Shown here one piece after another: positions 1 to 13,459 of a stretch of DNA of 64,000 nt. This stretch comes from Octopus vulgaris. Taxonomy: Eukaryota. The notes under the pieces were generated by a model that saw nothing but the letters and a program-made list of their open reading frames with translations, did not search any database and was not told the origin of the DNA. Positions within the stretch are counted from its first letter, which is position 1. Every line of letters starts with the position of its first letter. The stretch spans positions 5,704,001-5,768,000 of the forward strand of contig OX597817.1 in the NCBI GenBank assembly GCA_951406725.2, in the 5' to 3' direction. The position numbers and the translations under genes are program-made.

Positions 1-66
1 CCATTCCTGTAGCCAGCATCAGTACATGATTGGACATATTTGACTTGATTTTGTTCCTAATTATCA
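1..66 (-). other. Candidate exon of a minus-strand host gene, running off the left edge
   Basis: Minus-strand acceptor ttttactttttcag ends at 67. One frame is open (IIRNKIKSNMSNHVLMLATGM) with an ATG at 37. No recognisable homology. Confidence 0.2.
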
Positions 67-323
67 CTGAAAAAGTAAAACTTAAATCCCATTTCCCAAA
101 CTGGAACAAACGATCACGTGACTTGAATTGAAGTTGTACCACTTTCTAGCGGTGATAACATTTTTTTTCAACATCACAATCGTATGTATGCTTTAAATTA
201 ACACTATATATATTGCACACGTCACATATTCTTTCTTTCATACATAACGTAAAACCAGATCAATTAGATAATAAAATTCATTCATCCACCTTCTTTGCTC
301 CCAGAAGTAAAAGAAAAAGATAC

Positions 324-372
324 CTTATCAATGCCACTATTTCCGGTAGCACTGGTCGTGCTGTCTTCATAG
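324..372 (-). other. Candidate 49-nt exon
   Basis: Minus-strand acceptor ttattttacacag and weak donor AAG|gtatct, in non-repetitive sequence. Confidence 0.2.
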
Positions 373-409
373 CTGTGTAAAATAACACATAGCAAGCTGC
401 CACACACCC

Positions 410-440
<31 letters not shown>

Positions 441-879
441 GAGTGAGAGAGCAGTTCATGCCATCAAAGTGACACTGGGGTAAAATATACGAAGCCCAAT
501 ATACCCATCATGACTACCCGTCTGATAAAGGTACACCAGGCACATGCATCACAACCATATGTGCGCGACATGGTGATCTCATATCAAGATAAACAACACA
601 TGACCTTGCAGGTGGACCCAGTTAGAATTTTCTTCAGGTTGAGTAGCCCATCCCGCTCAAAAGGTCCCTGAATAAGGGTTGTTTAAGGATGTTGAAAGAA
701 CCACCCATGTTTCCAGAGGTGAACTATTCAAACCCCAAAGCATCCCTCTCAACACATGGCTATGATGCTCCCCCACTACTTCTGCTCGTGATCAGAGATG
801 CACATATCGTCAGCCACTAAGGGACATGCTCAACTGGTTAAGGTCAAACAACTGACAAGCAAATCTGTGGTATTCAGCA
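441..879 (-). mobile_element. 5'-truncated copy of a ~565-bp non-coding retroposon inserted in (TAA)n
   Basis: Highly similar to 27362-27810. (ATT)n runs on both sides (412-440, 880-935). Confidence 0.8.
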
Positions 880-886
880 ATTATTA

Positions 887-935
<49 letters not shown>

Positions 936-1198
936 TTCCTTCTTTCTTCAAATTTTCTTCCGTTTCTCGCTGACTGTTTTCCGTACACCTAGGGCAGAGA
1001 AGCTCATTGTATGCATTCCCAGATTTGCACACGCAAATTCACAGGTAAAAATATGTATTTAAAAAAAATTAATAAATAAATAAATTCATGAATGGATGTT
1101 GTTTTCACAGCGATAATGCTCTTCTCAGTACATGAGCCGTTCCAGTTAACACGATTTTTTTGCACTTCCCGTATCATTTTCAAATAGGTTTCAGTACC

Positions 1199-1199
<1 letters not shown>
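936..1199 (-). mobile_element. R4/Dong-clade non-LTR retrotransposon 3' end
   Basis: Minus strand reads ...REVQKIVLTGTAHVLRRALSL*, the typical C-terminus of R4/Dong restriction-like endonuclease ORFs, followed by a 3' UTR. Flanked by (ATT)n on both sides. Confidence 0.75.
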
Positions 1200-1289
<90 letters not shown>

Positions 1290-1878
1290 CATCATGAGAT
1301 ATATGAGGCATGTAAAAGAATTTTAATACCTGACAGTATTGTGTTTTTCCCTTTCGATAGTCGACTCGAAATAAAGAAAGGATTTTAATCATTCTCAGCG
1401 TTGTACGTCTTCCCTTTAACTCAACGTTAACGTTATATTTTCTACCGTTGCCTACAAAACTTTATACTTTATACGTAACTCGTATTTTGACGCAACTTTT
1501 CAATCTCACTTTTTTACAAATCTTTTCAAAACGATGGTGTTTTCTCTCTCCAGTGTGATCCTCAAAATTGTCTCACTTTCACCCACAGACCCAACGGCTA
1601 AAAGCTAATAGAAACAATCGTAATAGCGCCACCTTCATCCCTCTAAGTTCCTTATGTTCTGCTTTCTTTACATTTGTAATCTGTTCGTGGAATAACCTAC
1701 TTTGCAAACATTTATTACTGCTTAGATTCCTGTGTAGATTATACTAATCTCCAAGTCTCATAAATCCCCCAAATGTGGTCACTTTACGCAATGTTTTTCA
1801 ATGGATAGATCCCTTGCAAACGGTTTTATTTTGAAACCTGATAATTTAATTCTATCCAATAGTTCCCTACTTATAATA

Positions 1879-2075
1879 TTGGGTTGTCCGGAAAGTTCGT
1901 GCTGAGTTTTAAAGGAAAGAAAAAAGGTCAAATACTTGCCATTACATTTTAATCAACCAATACGTCTCCATCTTTCCTTTAACTTGAAAACCATCTTCCC
2001 AGAATTGGGGTGCCTGGGAGGGTAAGTCGAAAGGTAACCTACTATAAATCGGCACGAACTTTCCGGACAACCCAA
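1879..2075. mobile_element. Tc1/mariner-type MITE (197 bp)
   Basis: TIR ttgggttgtccggaaagttcgtgc (1879-1902) and its exact reverse complement (2052-2075). TA on both sides (1877-78, 2076-77). Confidence 0.9.
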
Positions 2076-3109
2076 TATTATTGACACTATCAAAAACTGC
2101 ATCTGTCTTAATCTCGAACGTCTTTCTGTTACGCCTCTCCAGATCCCTACAAACGTTAAGACTCAGATGCACTGTTAAATCTCTCATAGTGGTATCCCTT
2201 CCAATAACTTCGTTTGTTCGTCAAAGCCCTCAGATTCTTTATTCTCGATCTGTTTTGTTGACTATCCACAACACAGAAGTTCTGTTCAGACACCTGACGC
2301 AATGCTGCTGGTAACGTCGATGTGTCGCAGACAGCATAAAAAAGGAGTAATTGCAAAGAAGCAATGACAAATCTTCTAACTCACACGGTTTCTATATTTC
2401 CATTCCCTGCACGTGAGAATGTTTCATTGCGTCTTATTAAAGTGGAGAGTCCTTCAATGAGTCAGAAAATGTTTTCGGTTTATATTATCATATCCAGATA
2501 TTTAATACAGGAAAATTTGTGCTTTCGTTGGAAAATCGGAAGAGCATATAGATTTCAATAGATTGTGCTGTAAATACACTTAGACTATTGGCAGAGATGT
2601 GGCAGTTTATTCGTTATAAGAAGACATATCATCACACATTGTAACTTATGTATGTGCTTGCTTTGGCTTAGCCTCAGATAAACCCTGATCTTGCAGACTT
2701 TAATCACACAATTTTTATCTTCAGATATAATGTAACTAAGAACATGCTGCCTTTTATTTCTTAAAACATTTCTTAAAATAAGTGGTGGATTGTTTGAGTG
2801 AAATTGAAAACAAAATATTTGAGAAGGTCGACCGGTCATGTCGAGATTTCCTAATTGTAGATACGTTTTATTAGCCGTTCTAGCTACTTAAGTTACCAAA
2901 TACGAAAGACTAGTCAAAGGAGAGAAGTCCGTATCTCTCCGTACTGTAACTCATAAAAGGAAATAACACTCTGGGGTCTAACGTGAAAAGGTAGCACTCG
3001 CTTATTTTGTAAAGTTAATAATCCTGATGATATTTGTTGTAGTACTGAGTGTTTACCCTCTTACAACTACATGGAGTAAGATGTTTTCAGTCATGATGGA
3101 GGGCTACAG

Positions 3110-3145
<36 letters not shown>

Positions 3146-3229
3146 AACACATCTAAACGGTGATAGTCATAAAAACCACTCGACTTGCTGCATCTCACAT
3201 TTAAAAGCAAATGCCTGCTCACGCGCTCA

Positions 3230-3268
<39 letters not shown>

Positions 3269-3697
3269 TTCTCTCTCTCTCTCTCTCTCACCACACACAC
3301 ACTTCTCTCATTCAACTGGGGCTCTGCTGGTGCACCACCTTAATGGGTTTCATCGAAAAAGCTCATCCTGAAATTTATTTATCTATCGATCCCTTTCACT
3401 AAACAAGTTATGGAAACATAAACAAATCAACACCGTTCTCAAGCAGTAGTTGGGAAGAAACACACATGACGGGCTTCTTCACAGTTTTCGTCTAACTAAT
3501 TTACCCACTAGGCATCAGTCGGCCCAGGGATATAGCAGAACGCACTTGACTTGTATGTGTGTGTGTGTATGTGTGTAATTCTTTTTGGCAATGGTGAAAT
3601 TCGATTCATTTAAAACTATAGATAATAGCATGTAAATATTGAGTTAAAAAACTTTTGGATACAAAAAGTTGAAAGGGGCGCGCGAAGCATATGTACT

Positions 3698-3700
<3 letters not shown>

Positions 3701-3789
<89 letters not shown>

Positions 3790-3908
3790 GACAGACGCAC
3801 AGACAGACAGACAGACGCACAGACAGACAGACGCACAGACAGACAGACGCACAGACAGACAGACGCACAGACAGACAGACAGACAGACGCACAGACAGAC
3901 AGACGCAC
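3701..3908. repeat. (CA)n grading into (GACA)n/GACGCA compound microsatellite
   Basis: Direct reading. Confidence 0.95.
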
Positions 3909-6419
3909 ATACATATTATATATATGATAGATCGCCATGATAGATCGTTAGATACTACACACATTTGTTTCTCTCCTTGTTTTTCTGTGTACCTTTCGTT
4001 CGACTAAAAAATGCTTCAAGGTGATGCTCCAGCATCGACGCAGTCCAATCACTGAAGCAAGTAAAAGTAATAAAGATGTGCACGCCCGGTTCCTATCTTT
4101 TTACATGTTTATTTGTAATTTGTATTATGAAGATAAATTGCCACACGCATCTATACCTGTGTGAATATATGTACTCACATATTCACTGTTGCCCTTTCTT
4201 TCTCTCTTTCTTCCCTCACTCTCTCTCTCTCTTTCCCCTCTCTCTTCCCCCCCTTTCTCAGTATCTTTTAATGTACGCCATCGACGTACATAATTGCATC
4301 CTTAAATAGAAATGCATCATTCAAAATACTCCAATGATTGCCGCTCTGAAAGAAACGAGTTTGTACAGCAGAATTGCAGCAAATATCAGTTTGTTTGTGA
4401 AACTTAACCAACCAATTAATTAATTCTGTAATTTAGATGAGAAAACAATTACCTCCAAAATTAGACGAATTTTAATTTTAATTGGAATGTTGACATAGCA
4501 GATGCAAAAGATTAAGGAACTGTTGTGGAATAAGCTCGGATTACAATGTGTGATTTTAAGATCATTTGGATATGGGTCGGTGTGCATGCTCGTTCATTTC
4601 TCGAAGTGTTAACCAATAATGTTCAGGTGGTGTTTGGTTTTGTGCAGTTGTACGATTTTCTGGGTATTTGCGTGCGTGCGTGCGTGCGTGCTTGTGTGGT
4701 TGTTAACTAGTCTTAGTATCTGTTTGTGTGTCTTTGTTAGTGTGCGATCGTAACTGCTTCCTCTCATACGTTTGTTAATGAATTGAACAATGATAATGTG
4801 GGCATATTTCTTTCTGTGTATACATATGTGTGTATTTGCTCACGATCAATGATTATTTGTTTGTACGCATGTGTGGTCCTGTGTGAACGCACATTTTCTA
4901 TGCATTGGTTAATGCTGTTGCGTATGTGTTGGTGCTCGCATATATGTTCGTACATTTGTATATGAGTGTGTCCATACAGGTATTTATATGAGTTTGCGTA
5001 TTCACATTTTTTTCTGCATCACTGCATGTATATACGTACATCTACTTTCACTTTCTGTCTTTGTATGTATGCCAGTATGCGCGCGCATCTATGCTCGCAC
5101 CCTTTTGTTTGTGTTCGCATATGTTTGCGTATAGTGCAGAGCGGCGGGTGTTTGTGCCTCGCTCCCTAATATATTGCAATCTTTGTAGCAGAGACTCGCT
5201 CTCTCCTCAGTCTCCTTTTTATAACCCCACCCCGTCTTCTGAAATAGCTTGTTGTATACCATCACTATACAGGACAATCTGGAATGGCAATTTTTCGTTC
5301 TCTCCCTTCCAGAAAAATGCTACCTGCCTAAATGGTATGCAGTCACTCACAGACGTGCTCCGGCCACTGTCCCACAAGTCCGCTGTCGATTGTGTCTGAC
5401 TTTTCTACGGCTATTATAAAACTCTCAGCTATTTGGTTATGGTTTGCTCAAGTATTTCCGTCGTATTCATCACTTCTCTCATCATCGACTTTGGCGTCCA
5501 CTCCGTCCACATAATCACTACCTTCTTCCCACAATAATTTTCGTCAGGTGTTAACTTACAAAAGATCTAGTACAATATTAGTGTCATCAGCCTGGTCAAG
5601 AGAACAACATGTACCATCAACCATGGCTGCCACTACTACCAATATCACAGTACGAATTCTGCTGTTCAAATAACTATCAGTCAATAGACACAACATACTG
5701 AACACATTAACATTGACTAAGATGCAGCTGTCTCCTAGTAAAATAAAATTATCTCCGAACAGATGGCAGTGAGATCTCATAATTTTCTAATAGTTATTTA
5801 TCATGAGAATGTTGCGTAGACGGTACAACATACATTATGTAACAAGAAGACATTGTATAAAATGTATTATTCAGAGGAAAGGAAAGCTGTTGTTGATATA
5901 CGAAATAAGTTTTGCAAATAGCCGTATAATTAAATATATTACCCTATACAGGATTCCACCAAGGGGCAGAAATAACCATAGGACATGCATACGCCAAAAC
6001 AATACGAAAACATGCAACACGAAAATATACGACAGAACATCAATAAGAAATAGATATAACTACTGTACCAAATCTGATTTAAGATGACCGGGAATACTCA
6101 CGCATCAAGTGGCTAACGAATATCATCGTGATTTTGACAATCATACACACAAGCATGTCGATGCATGCACGGGCACACACACACATACACACACACACAC
6201 ACATAGATTCACCCTGTGACCTACTCTTGATCCTGTTATCTCCGTTTGGATATGACATTAACTTAGTCTTGTGTTTGATTTTAAAATGCATCCTGTTGTG
6301 GAATTCTGTTCTCGAGTTGCCTGGTTTTGAGGGGTGGGAAATCGCCTCTTGGATATTATTGTCCTCAGACTTGCTCTGTCATCGTCGTCGTCGTCGTCTT
6401 CTTCTTCTTCTTCTTCTTG

Positions 6420-6630
6420 GCATAGCACTGGCAGGATCGATGTCATCTCGGGCAAAATGTTTGACACCAATTCATTGGTCTTTACGTTCAAATTTCGTCA
6501 CGGTTGGCTTTGCCTCTGATCATTTCGTAGTCGACAAAATAAGTACGACTGAAGCACTGGGGCGATATAATCGACTAACACCACCCCTTCCCAAAATTTC
6601 AAGCCTTGTGCCTATAGTAGAAAAGATTGT
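6420..6630 (+). mobile_element. Degenerate SINE, family A
   Basis: Diverged match to the family A core (gttcaaatt...ttgcct..gtcgac.aaataagtac...ccttgtgcctatagtagaaa). Confidence 0.65.
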
Positions 6631-7845
6631 TATTATTATTATACTGTTATCATTATATACGCCAGATTTACATCCTAATCCTTCTAAACTGTCGCAGACA
6701 CTTAACACTCTTTCAATAACTCTAATGTCTTATAAACACTATAGCATGCAATAGATATCCGTTGTAATTGTTGTTAAATATGCTGATGTGGTTGATGGTG
6801 TAGTTTACAGTTGTCCAGATAATAAAGCACCCTTGATGTTTTGAAGGAGACGGTTGTTATTTCAAGGCACAGCATTAATCTACTTTCGAAAATTCCGATA
6901 ACTTCATTATCAAAATTGTCTTAGAAATGCCACATTAAGTTCTCTATGCCTCACTGCGTTTGTCAAATTGCGATTCTGGCAAGACAGAATGCAAAAGGGA
7001 AAATATGTGGAGGGGAGGTATAGGTTAAGTTCAAATGAAAAGTTCTATTACATAAAGGAATCGCTAAAGTTTAGTTAAGTGGGGTGCCAAGTTCAGTAGA
7101 ATTTTACGAACGATATCCAATTTTAGATATCAAGTTTCACCATATCTACAGTGTGCACGAGTTCAAAGTTCTCAGTTGCAGCCATTTTTCTGCAGACTCA
7201 CAAAATGAAAGATATAAAAGAAAAAACATACTTTAGAAGCTGTGTGTGTGTGTGCACTTATGTGAATATAACTCCGTTGGCTTCAACGATGGCGATGCAA
7301 ATCAAACGAATTGCATGTTCATTGAAGTAATGTGTAAGTGAGCGAACATTCGACTGGTATATGTATCATCCACCTACTTTGCAGGCAGAATCATCACGGC
7401 ACAGTGTATATGAATTACAGTTACTAACCACCCAACGCATTTCTGTTTCCCCAATTTCATTCACGAGATTTAGTTCGGCTCAAGGCCATATAAAGCATTA
7501 TATGAAGATACCACTCAATGGAACTGAACCAGGGAACGTGAAGTTTGTGAAATGAACCTCTTCGCCATTCGACCGATACATTGTGAAATCTCCCGTTTTG
7601 CATAAATTTTGTTTACAGATTTCAGCTTTTATTGAAATCATTAAGTTTCTAGATACAGGATACTGTTCCATCCCTACCAATTCGGGTTAATTTTAACAAA
7701 ATAACGATTTGTCACATATATGTATAAATAATATCTTTTACTGGAAATAATATATTAGCGAGACACTTTAATCTAAACAGCCACTCTACTCTTATCGTTA
7801 TTTTTATGCCTGGGTTGGCTACCTTTTTGTTTTTTGCTACGGCCT

Positions 7846-8056
7846 CTTTTTACTCATTTACTTGTTTCAGTCATTTGACTGTGGCCATGCTGGATCACCA
7901 CCTTTAGTCGAGCAAATCGACCCCAGGACATATTCTTTGTAAGCCTAGTACTTATTCTATCGGTCTCTTTTGCCGAACCGCTAAGTTACGGGGACGTAAA
8001 CACACCAGCATCGGTTGTCAGGCGATATTGGGGAGACAAACACAGTCACACAAACA
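7846..8056 (-). mobile_element. SINE family B, 3' half
   Basis: Reverse complement of the 60720-60917 segment (ccccgtaacttagcggttc...ggggtcgatttg...ccagcatggccacagtcaaatgactgaaacaag). Confidence 0.85.
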
Positions 8057-8061
8057 TATGT

Positions 8062-8120
<59 letters not shown>

Positions 8121-8599
8121 TATGTATTTGTTTTTCTCGTATAAACGTTTTAAGACAGTTTCCCTAATCTCACGTTTAATGCTAAATGCATTAAAAATTA
8201 ACCTAACTGCACTATATTCCACCCTTATACCTTGTTTGTATTGATCTCAGCATACTTGCTAACAACATTTTTCTTACTCTTTCCCCCCTACTTTATACAG
8301 GTACGAATTCAGCTGACTTTGTTTTTCATTGCTCTCTCAAACATACATATAGCCTTTGCTACTAACTTCATGCCACATCGTACATTTACTACCTTTCAAA
8401 ATAACTTCTCCACATCATTCATTTTCTCATTTCTACTTTTGCATCCAAAGCCATAAGACAAATATACTTTACTGTCAGAAAACACCCCTACCTTCGTCAG
8501 ATGCTACTGGTTTACTATTAGACGTATTTTCCTAGCTCTGTTTTGTGTTTAACCACAAACACGTACAATTTAGTGCTATACCTTTATCCAATATCTCTG

Positions 8600-9290
8600 A
8601 GAAATGACCATCAACTGGAAGTGGAAGCAGTAGTTTTAAAAAGAAGCATAAAAGTATTAGGTTGTGGGTTAAACTTCATGTCTGATAAAAGGTACAGCGC
8701 GAGGAAGAAAGCATTAAAATGTGTAACGTCTACAGTGGGAAAAATACCTGATAATGAGATAAAGATAGTCAAGTGTTCAAGCAGGAACTTTAATTACCGG
8801 GTATTATAGTATCTCAGATCTTATGCGATGTTTAGTACTAAATGTTTCTTGAATGTGTGAATCGTCAATCAGAATGGGTGTTTTGTACTGATAAACTCAA
8901 TGAGCGCAAGGTGAAACTTGGACGATTTACACGACGTGGAAAGTGCATCACATGTTTCAAAACATTTTCTAGTTAGTGAAGACATACCTGAGAGATTTCA
9001 GAGGCCAGTGCTGCTACTAATTAGCCTGAAGGACTGAAGAAATCGATTGCTGTAGGAGGCTATACCGCAGAACAAGTGCACGATATTGGTGAAACTGGGC
9101 TTGTTTAAAAAAAACAAATGCCTGTTAGGATTTTTATTTCCTGTAGCGATAAATAAGCACCTAGATTCAAGGATTCTGAAATCAAATGATGCTCTTGTGG
9201 CAGTAAATGTTGCCAGTGATATGAATATTTATCTTATTTACTTGAATTTTATTGATGTTGTAAGACTGAAAGTCAATGAGGACTAGGGTA
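8600..9290 (+). pseudogene. Decayed Tigger/pogo transposase
   Basis: Reads ...GLKKSIAVGGYTAEQVHDIGETGLV*KKQMPVRIFIS..K*APRFK..., matching the Tigger DDE_1 motif GYxxEQVFNxDETGLFWKKMPxRTFI. Contains stops and frameshifts. Confidence 0.7.
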
Positions 9291-10779
9291 GGATCTCTAC
9301 GCAGACCTCAATGATTTCTTTTCACCAATTCTGTAGAAATGAGATGTAGTGTTATTGTTATTTCGACATAAGTACCGTCTAATCAAGCAGAACTATGGTC
9401 AAAGTTGTTCTAGACATAAAAGCCATGACCGACTAATCTGTTCAGCTACAGTGTTTCTGTAGTTATATCTTCCACTTTGTTCTATTTTCAACAAGGCAAG
9501 TGTGATGTAATTGCTATTTTCATAAGGTCAAGCGAGTTAGTAGAGATTCCTTTTAGGGGTTCGAATTTCATAGTTAAAAAAAAAATGTATGAAAACAAGA
9601 AACTAGCGGAAATAAGATCCACCGTTTTTCTCTAAGAAATGATACATTGATGACTCTAATATATCATTTGTTGCAGTTTAACTCAGGTCAGTCCTGAGAG
9701 AGCGATCCATAGATATCCTAGTTTTGACCATCCTGTCTTCTATCAAACGTAGTGAGCCTGTCCTCTACTCCCTATTTTTTTTACTGTGGGATTGGTAATT
9801 AGACAAAGATTTCGCTGTTTCTTGAATGTTGATTGACCGAATAGGGACTCTCTCATTGGCTCCTAATGAATCAATTTACTTTTGATGCATATTCGTCCCC
9901 CTTCTCTTTGTACCGAAAGGTATGGCTTATTGACATGACCTCTACTATAGTAATATTTAATTTATCAACTTTTATGTGGGAAAATACGAAGTCGTACCAG
10001 GCTATTGGAATTAATAAAATTTCTGTGTTCTAGCCAGACTTTCACATTTGTTTTTGCACAGATAATGGGTGTTCTTTCCTGCTTTAATTCAAATATACTC
10101 GCTCACTACATTAACTATGACAGCGTCTACTTTACTATTAACATTTCATGGAGCATGCGTCCCTGAATATTCCGCCCCACCAGCCATTATTATTATAATT
10201 AATCATATCTTTCACATATGTAACATACGAGTTGTGTAGTCGAGATGGGGATATGCACAGATTGTTACGTCCACGCCTTTACTGGGAGTGTGAGAGAAAA
10301 GTAACACTGGTACAGCTTTCTCCTTGACACACTGCTCTGGCCTTCAACGTAGTACAGATACGTTGTGTGTTATACGAATATATGAACCAGCGCTGTTCTA
10401 GTTAGTCATTGAAATAAAACAATAAATCTCGAATAAAAGAGAAAATATGAAAGAATTATATACAGAGCGGAATGTTCCAGTGGGTAGATACACGCACTTA
10501 TGCAGAAAGAAATCTCTTTTACTACTTTTCACTGTCTCTTGGTAATGCGGTGAGATGAGAATGAGGACGTCAATTTATTATATTCTTTGTGTTTTATTCT
10601 GCCATATTTACGGATGAGGTAAAGTTGTATCAAGGTTCAGCGCCTACTTTCACTCATCTTCTCTTGCTGTTCTAATTATTTGGAGCGTGAAGATAATGAT
10701 TTACTTCGCATTGTATGAGCTTTTGTTTCATTTGTATGTATGAAAATAGGAGGTATGCATATGTATGAAATGACTTATG

Positions 10780-11039
10780 TATGCATATGTATGTATACGC
10801 TTACAGACATACACATAAACGCACACGTGTATATATATTAGTGTGTTTGTGTATATGTATATATATATATATGTTTGTGTGTGTGTATATATGTCTCTAT
10901 ATATGCGTATATATATATGTGTGTGTGTATATATGTCTCTATATATGCGTATATATATATATGTATATATGTGTGTATATATATGTGTACATATATATAT
11001 GTATATATATATGTATACATATATATATATATGTGTATA

Positions 11040-11088
<49 letters not shown>

Positions 11089-11131
11089 ATGTATGTGTGT
11101 ATGTATGTATGTGTATGTATGTATATGTATG

Positions 11132-11168
<37 letters not shown>

Positions 11169-11365
11169 GTATGTGTGTATGTATGTGTGTATGTATGTAT
11201 GTGTATGTATGTATATGTATGTATGTATATATATATGTATGTATATATATATGTATGTATGTATATATATATGTATGTATGTATATGTATATATATGTAT
11301 ATATATATGTGGATATATATATATATATGAATATTTATGTATATACATGCATGTATATATAGATG
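10780..11365. repeat. Complex (TA)/(TG)/(TATG) low-complexity array with internal block duplications
   Basis: Direct reading; source of several Y/I/H/T/V/C-only ORFs. Confidence 0.95.
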
Positions 11366-11393
11366 TATAACATTTTTCAAAATAGTTAAAATA

Positions 11394-11439
<46 letters not shown>

Positions 11440-11459
11440 TATTTTAACTATTTGAAAAA

Positions 11460-11775
11460 TGTTCCAGCTGCCTAGCTGCGGACGTGTTGGGTCACCACCG
11501 TTGACTGAACTACACCATTATTTGAAACCCCCTCTGATATGAGGCATTTGGTCAATCAGGGTGTTTGATACTGCTGCCCTCATCTATGTTTCCTGCCGTG
11601 AGGTAGGCTCGTCTGGAACCCGTAACAGGAAGAGGTCCAGTTTTGTTTTAAAGACACTTATATTCATACCATGCAGATCTCTCAGGCATTTTGGAAGGAT
11701 ATTAAAGAGATGTGGGCGTCTGTGGCACAAGCTGTTGCAGTATCTGATCCTGTATTTTGATGGCGATGCTAGGAT
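11460..11775 (-). mobile_element. CR1/L2-group LINE 3' fragment
   Basis: ORF tail NSLCHRRPHLFNILPKCLRDLHGMNISVFKTKLDLFLLRVPDEPTSRQE is typical of CR1-group ORF2 ends. Homologous to 15421-15590. Confidence 0.75.
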
Positions 11776-12324
11776 CCGAGATTCGAGAAGACACACACAC
11801 ACATACACACACAGAACGGATTTTATATATATATATATATGATTTATAGAAAAACCTCTATTAAACAATTCAATATTGAAAGACGTTATTCACACCATGT
11901 ACAAAAATATACTATAAAAAAACAACCTTATTCTAAAAATCAATAAACTACAATAAATAGTTTTAACTAATAATTGTTTCACTATTGCAGTAACAACAGT
12001 ACAAATTATCTAACCCTTAAAACGGTGTTTGTGCATTTATCGAGAGTACCGAACTGTCTTACGCGGGATCTTGTTTTTACGAATTACCAATAAATAGTGA
12101 AGACGGGATTAAAGATATCATGCATTTTGGTACCAGAATTCTCTGCTTATTGTTGCTTGTAATGTTAACGAGGTTGCTTCCAATGTTATTTATGAGATTT
12201 ACAATATTTGAAATATTTTACAGCTTCTCATTTGGCTGAAATGGTACAAATTTTACTGTTGATGTTGCTAAACTATTGCTAGAATTGTTAGTACTAAAAC
12301 TATCGCTGTATATCCTTTAATATT

Positions 12325-12712
12325 GAGCTGGCATAAATGTTAGCACGCCGGGCGAAGTGCTTAGCGGTATTTCGTTTGCCGTTACGTTCTGAGTTCAAAT
12401 TCCGCCGGGGTCGACTTTGTCTTTCATCCTTTCGGGGTCGATAAATTAAGTACCAATTACGCACTGGGGTCGACGTAATCGACTTAATCCGTTTGTCTGT
12501 CCTTGTATGTCCCCTCTGTGTTTAGCTCCTTGTAGGTAGTAAAGAAATAGGCATTTCGTCTGCCGTTACGTTCTGAGTTCAAATTCCGCCGAGGTCGACT
12601 TTGCCTTTCATCCTTTCGGGTCGATAAATTAAGTCCCATTTGCATACTGGGGTCGATCTAATTAACTGGCCCCCTCCCCAAAAATTTAGGGTCTTGTGCC
12701 TAGAGTAGAATA
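12325..12712 (+). mobile_element. SINE family A dimer (tRNA head + body + headless second body)
   Basis: A-box-like gagctggcataaatgttag, B-box gagttcaaattcc, and the core gtcgactttg(t/c)ctttcatcctttcggg(g)tcgataaattaagt twice. Confidence 0.9.
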
Positions 12713-13459
12713 AAAAAAGAATATCGAATTGGCATAATAGTTAGACTATTGCAAAATTGCCTTGCGGTATTTGTTCCAGCTCTCCATATTCTGAGTTCAA
12801 ATCCCATCGAGGTCAATTTTTCCTTTCTACTTCTGGGGGTCGATAAAATAGAAGTACCAGTTTGTACTGGAATCGATAAAATTGACGAATAACAAGATTC
12901 AAAATTGCTAGTCTTGTTCCTAAATCAGGAAAAGAAAATTTCGCTCCTCACGAAGCATGTTTCTTTCTTTTTTCTATTTTAGCAGTTTAATTGATAACGT
13001 ATATCCACATTTGAATGATTGAAGGCAATATCAAAAGTAGCGAGATTTTTACTCAAGAGTGATAAGGAACCTAACTAAATACTCAATCAAAAATTAAATG
13101 TCCAGCAACAGCGGCTTCTGTGCTTCATCCGCCTATGTTGTGGTGCTGAGAAGCATTTACTCTGGTCACTCGATCGAGAAAGTTTCTCTTCAGTCACGAC
13201 CTATTTGGGAAAGAAAGAAAGAACGCATTAGATGGAATTATCACGTTTGGAATGCCTTCGATCAAAAGAATCCTTTATCGACGATCATCTTTGGCTATAT
13301 CAAAATGTATTACTAATCTTTAAAGTCACTACAGCGATATTATTGGTGTCTGAATATGACAACAGGGTTGAGGAATTTAGGGGATAGATGTAGTAGAATA
13401 GATATGAAAAAAATTAAATACGAGTTTGATTAAATTGGAAGTGGTATTGTAACTAAAAA

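Noticed and set aside
1942-2187. ORF ending VKGKMETYWL, reminiscent of a guanylate/adenylate cyclase C-terminus
   Set aside because: It lies inside a 197-bp TIR-bounded MITE, with no other cyclase motifs or supporting exons; treated as coincidence.
6128-6754. 208-aa ORF and antisense acidic ORF
   Set aside because: Composed of (CA)n, (TCG/TCT)n and a degenerate SINE; no domain recognisable.
10728-11380. Long ORFs of 150-206 aa (also 3606-4007, 17183-17438, 23031-23435, 61105-61735)
   Set aside because: Translations of stop-free microsatellites.
12400-12650. Recurring ~45-bp core that could be mistaken for CRISPR repeats
   Set aside because: Dispersed SINE core on both strands; no regular spacers, no cas genes, eukaryotic context.
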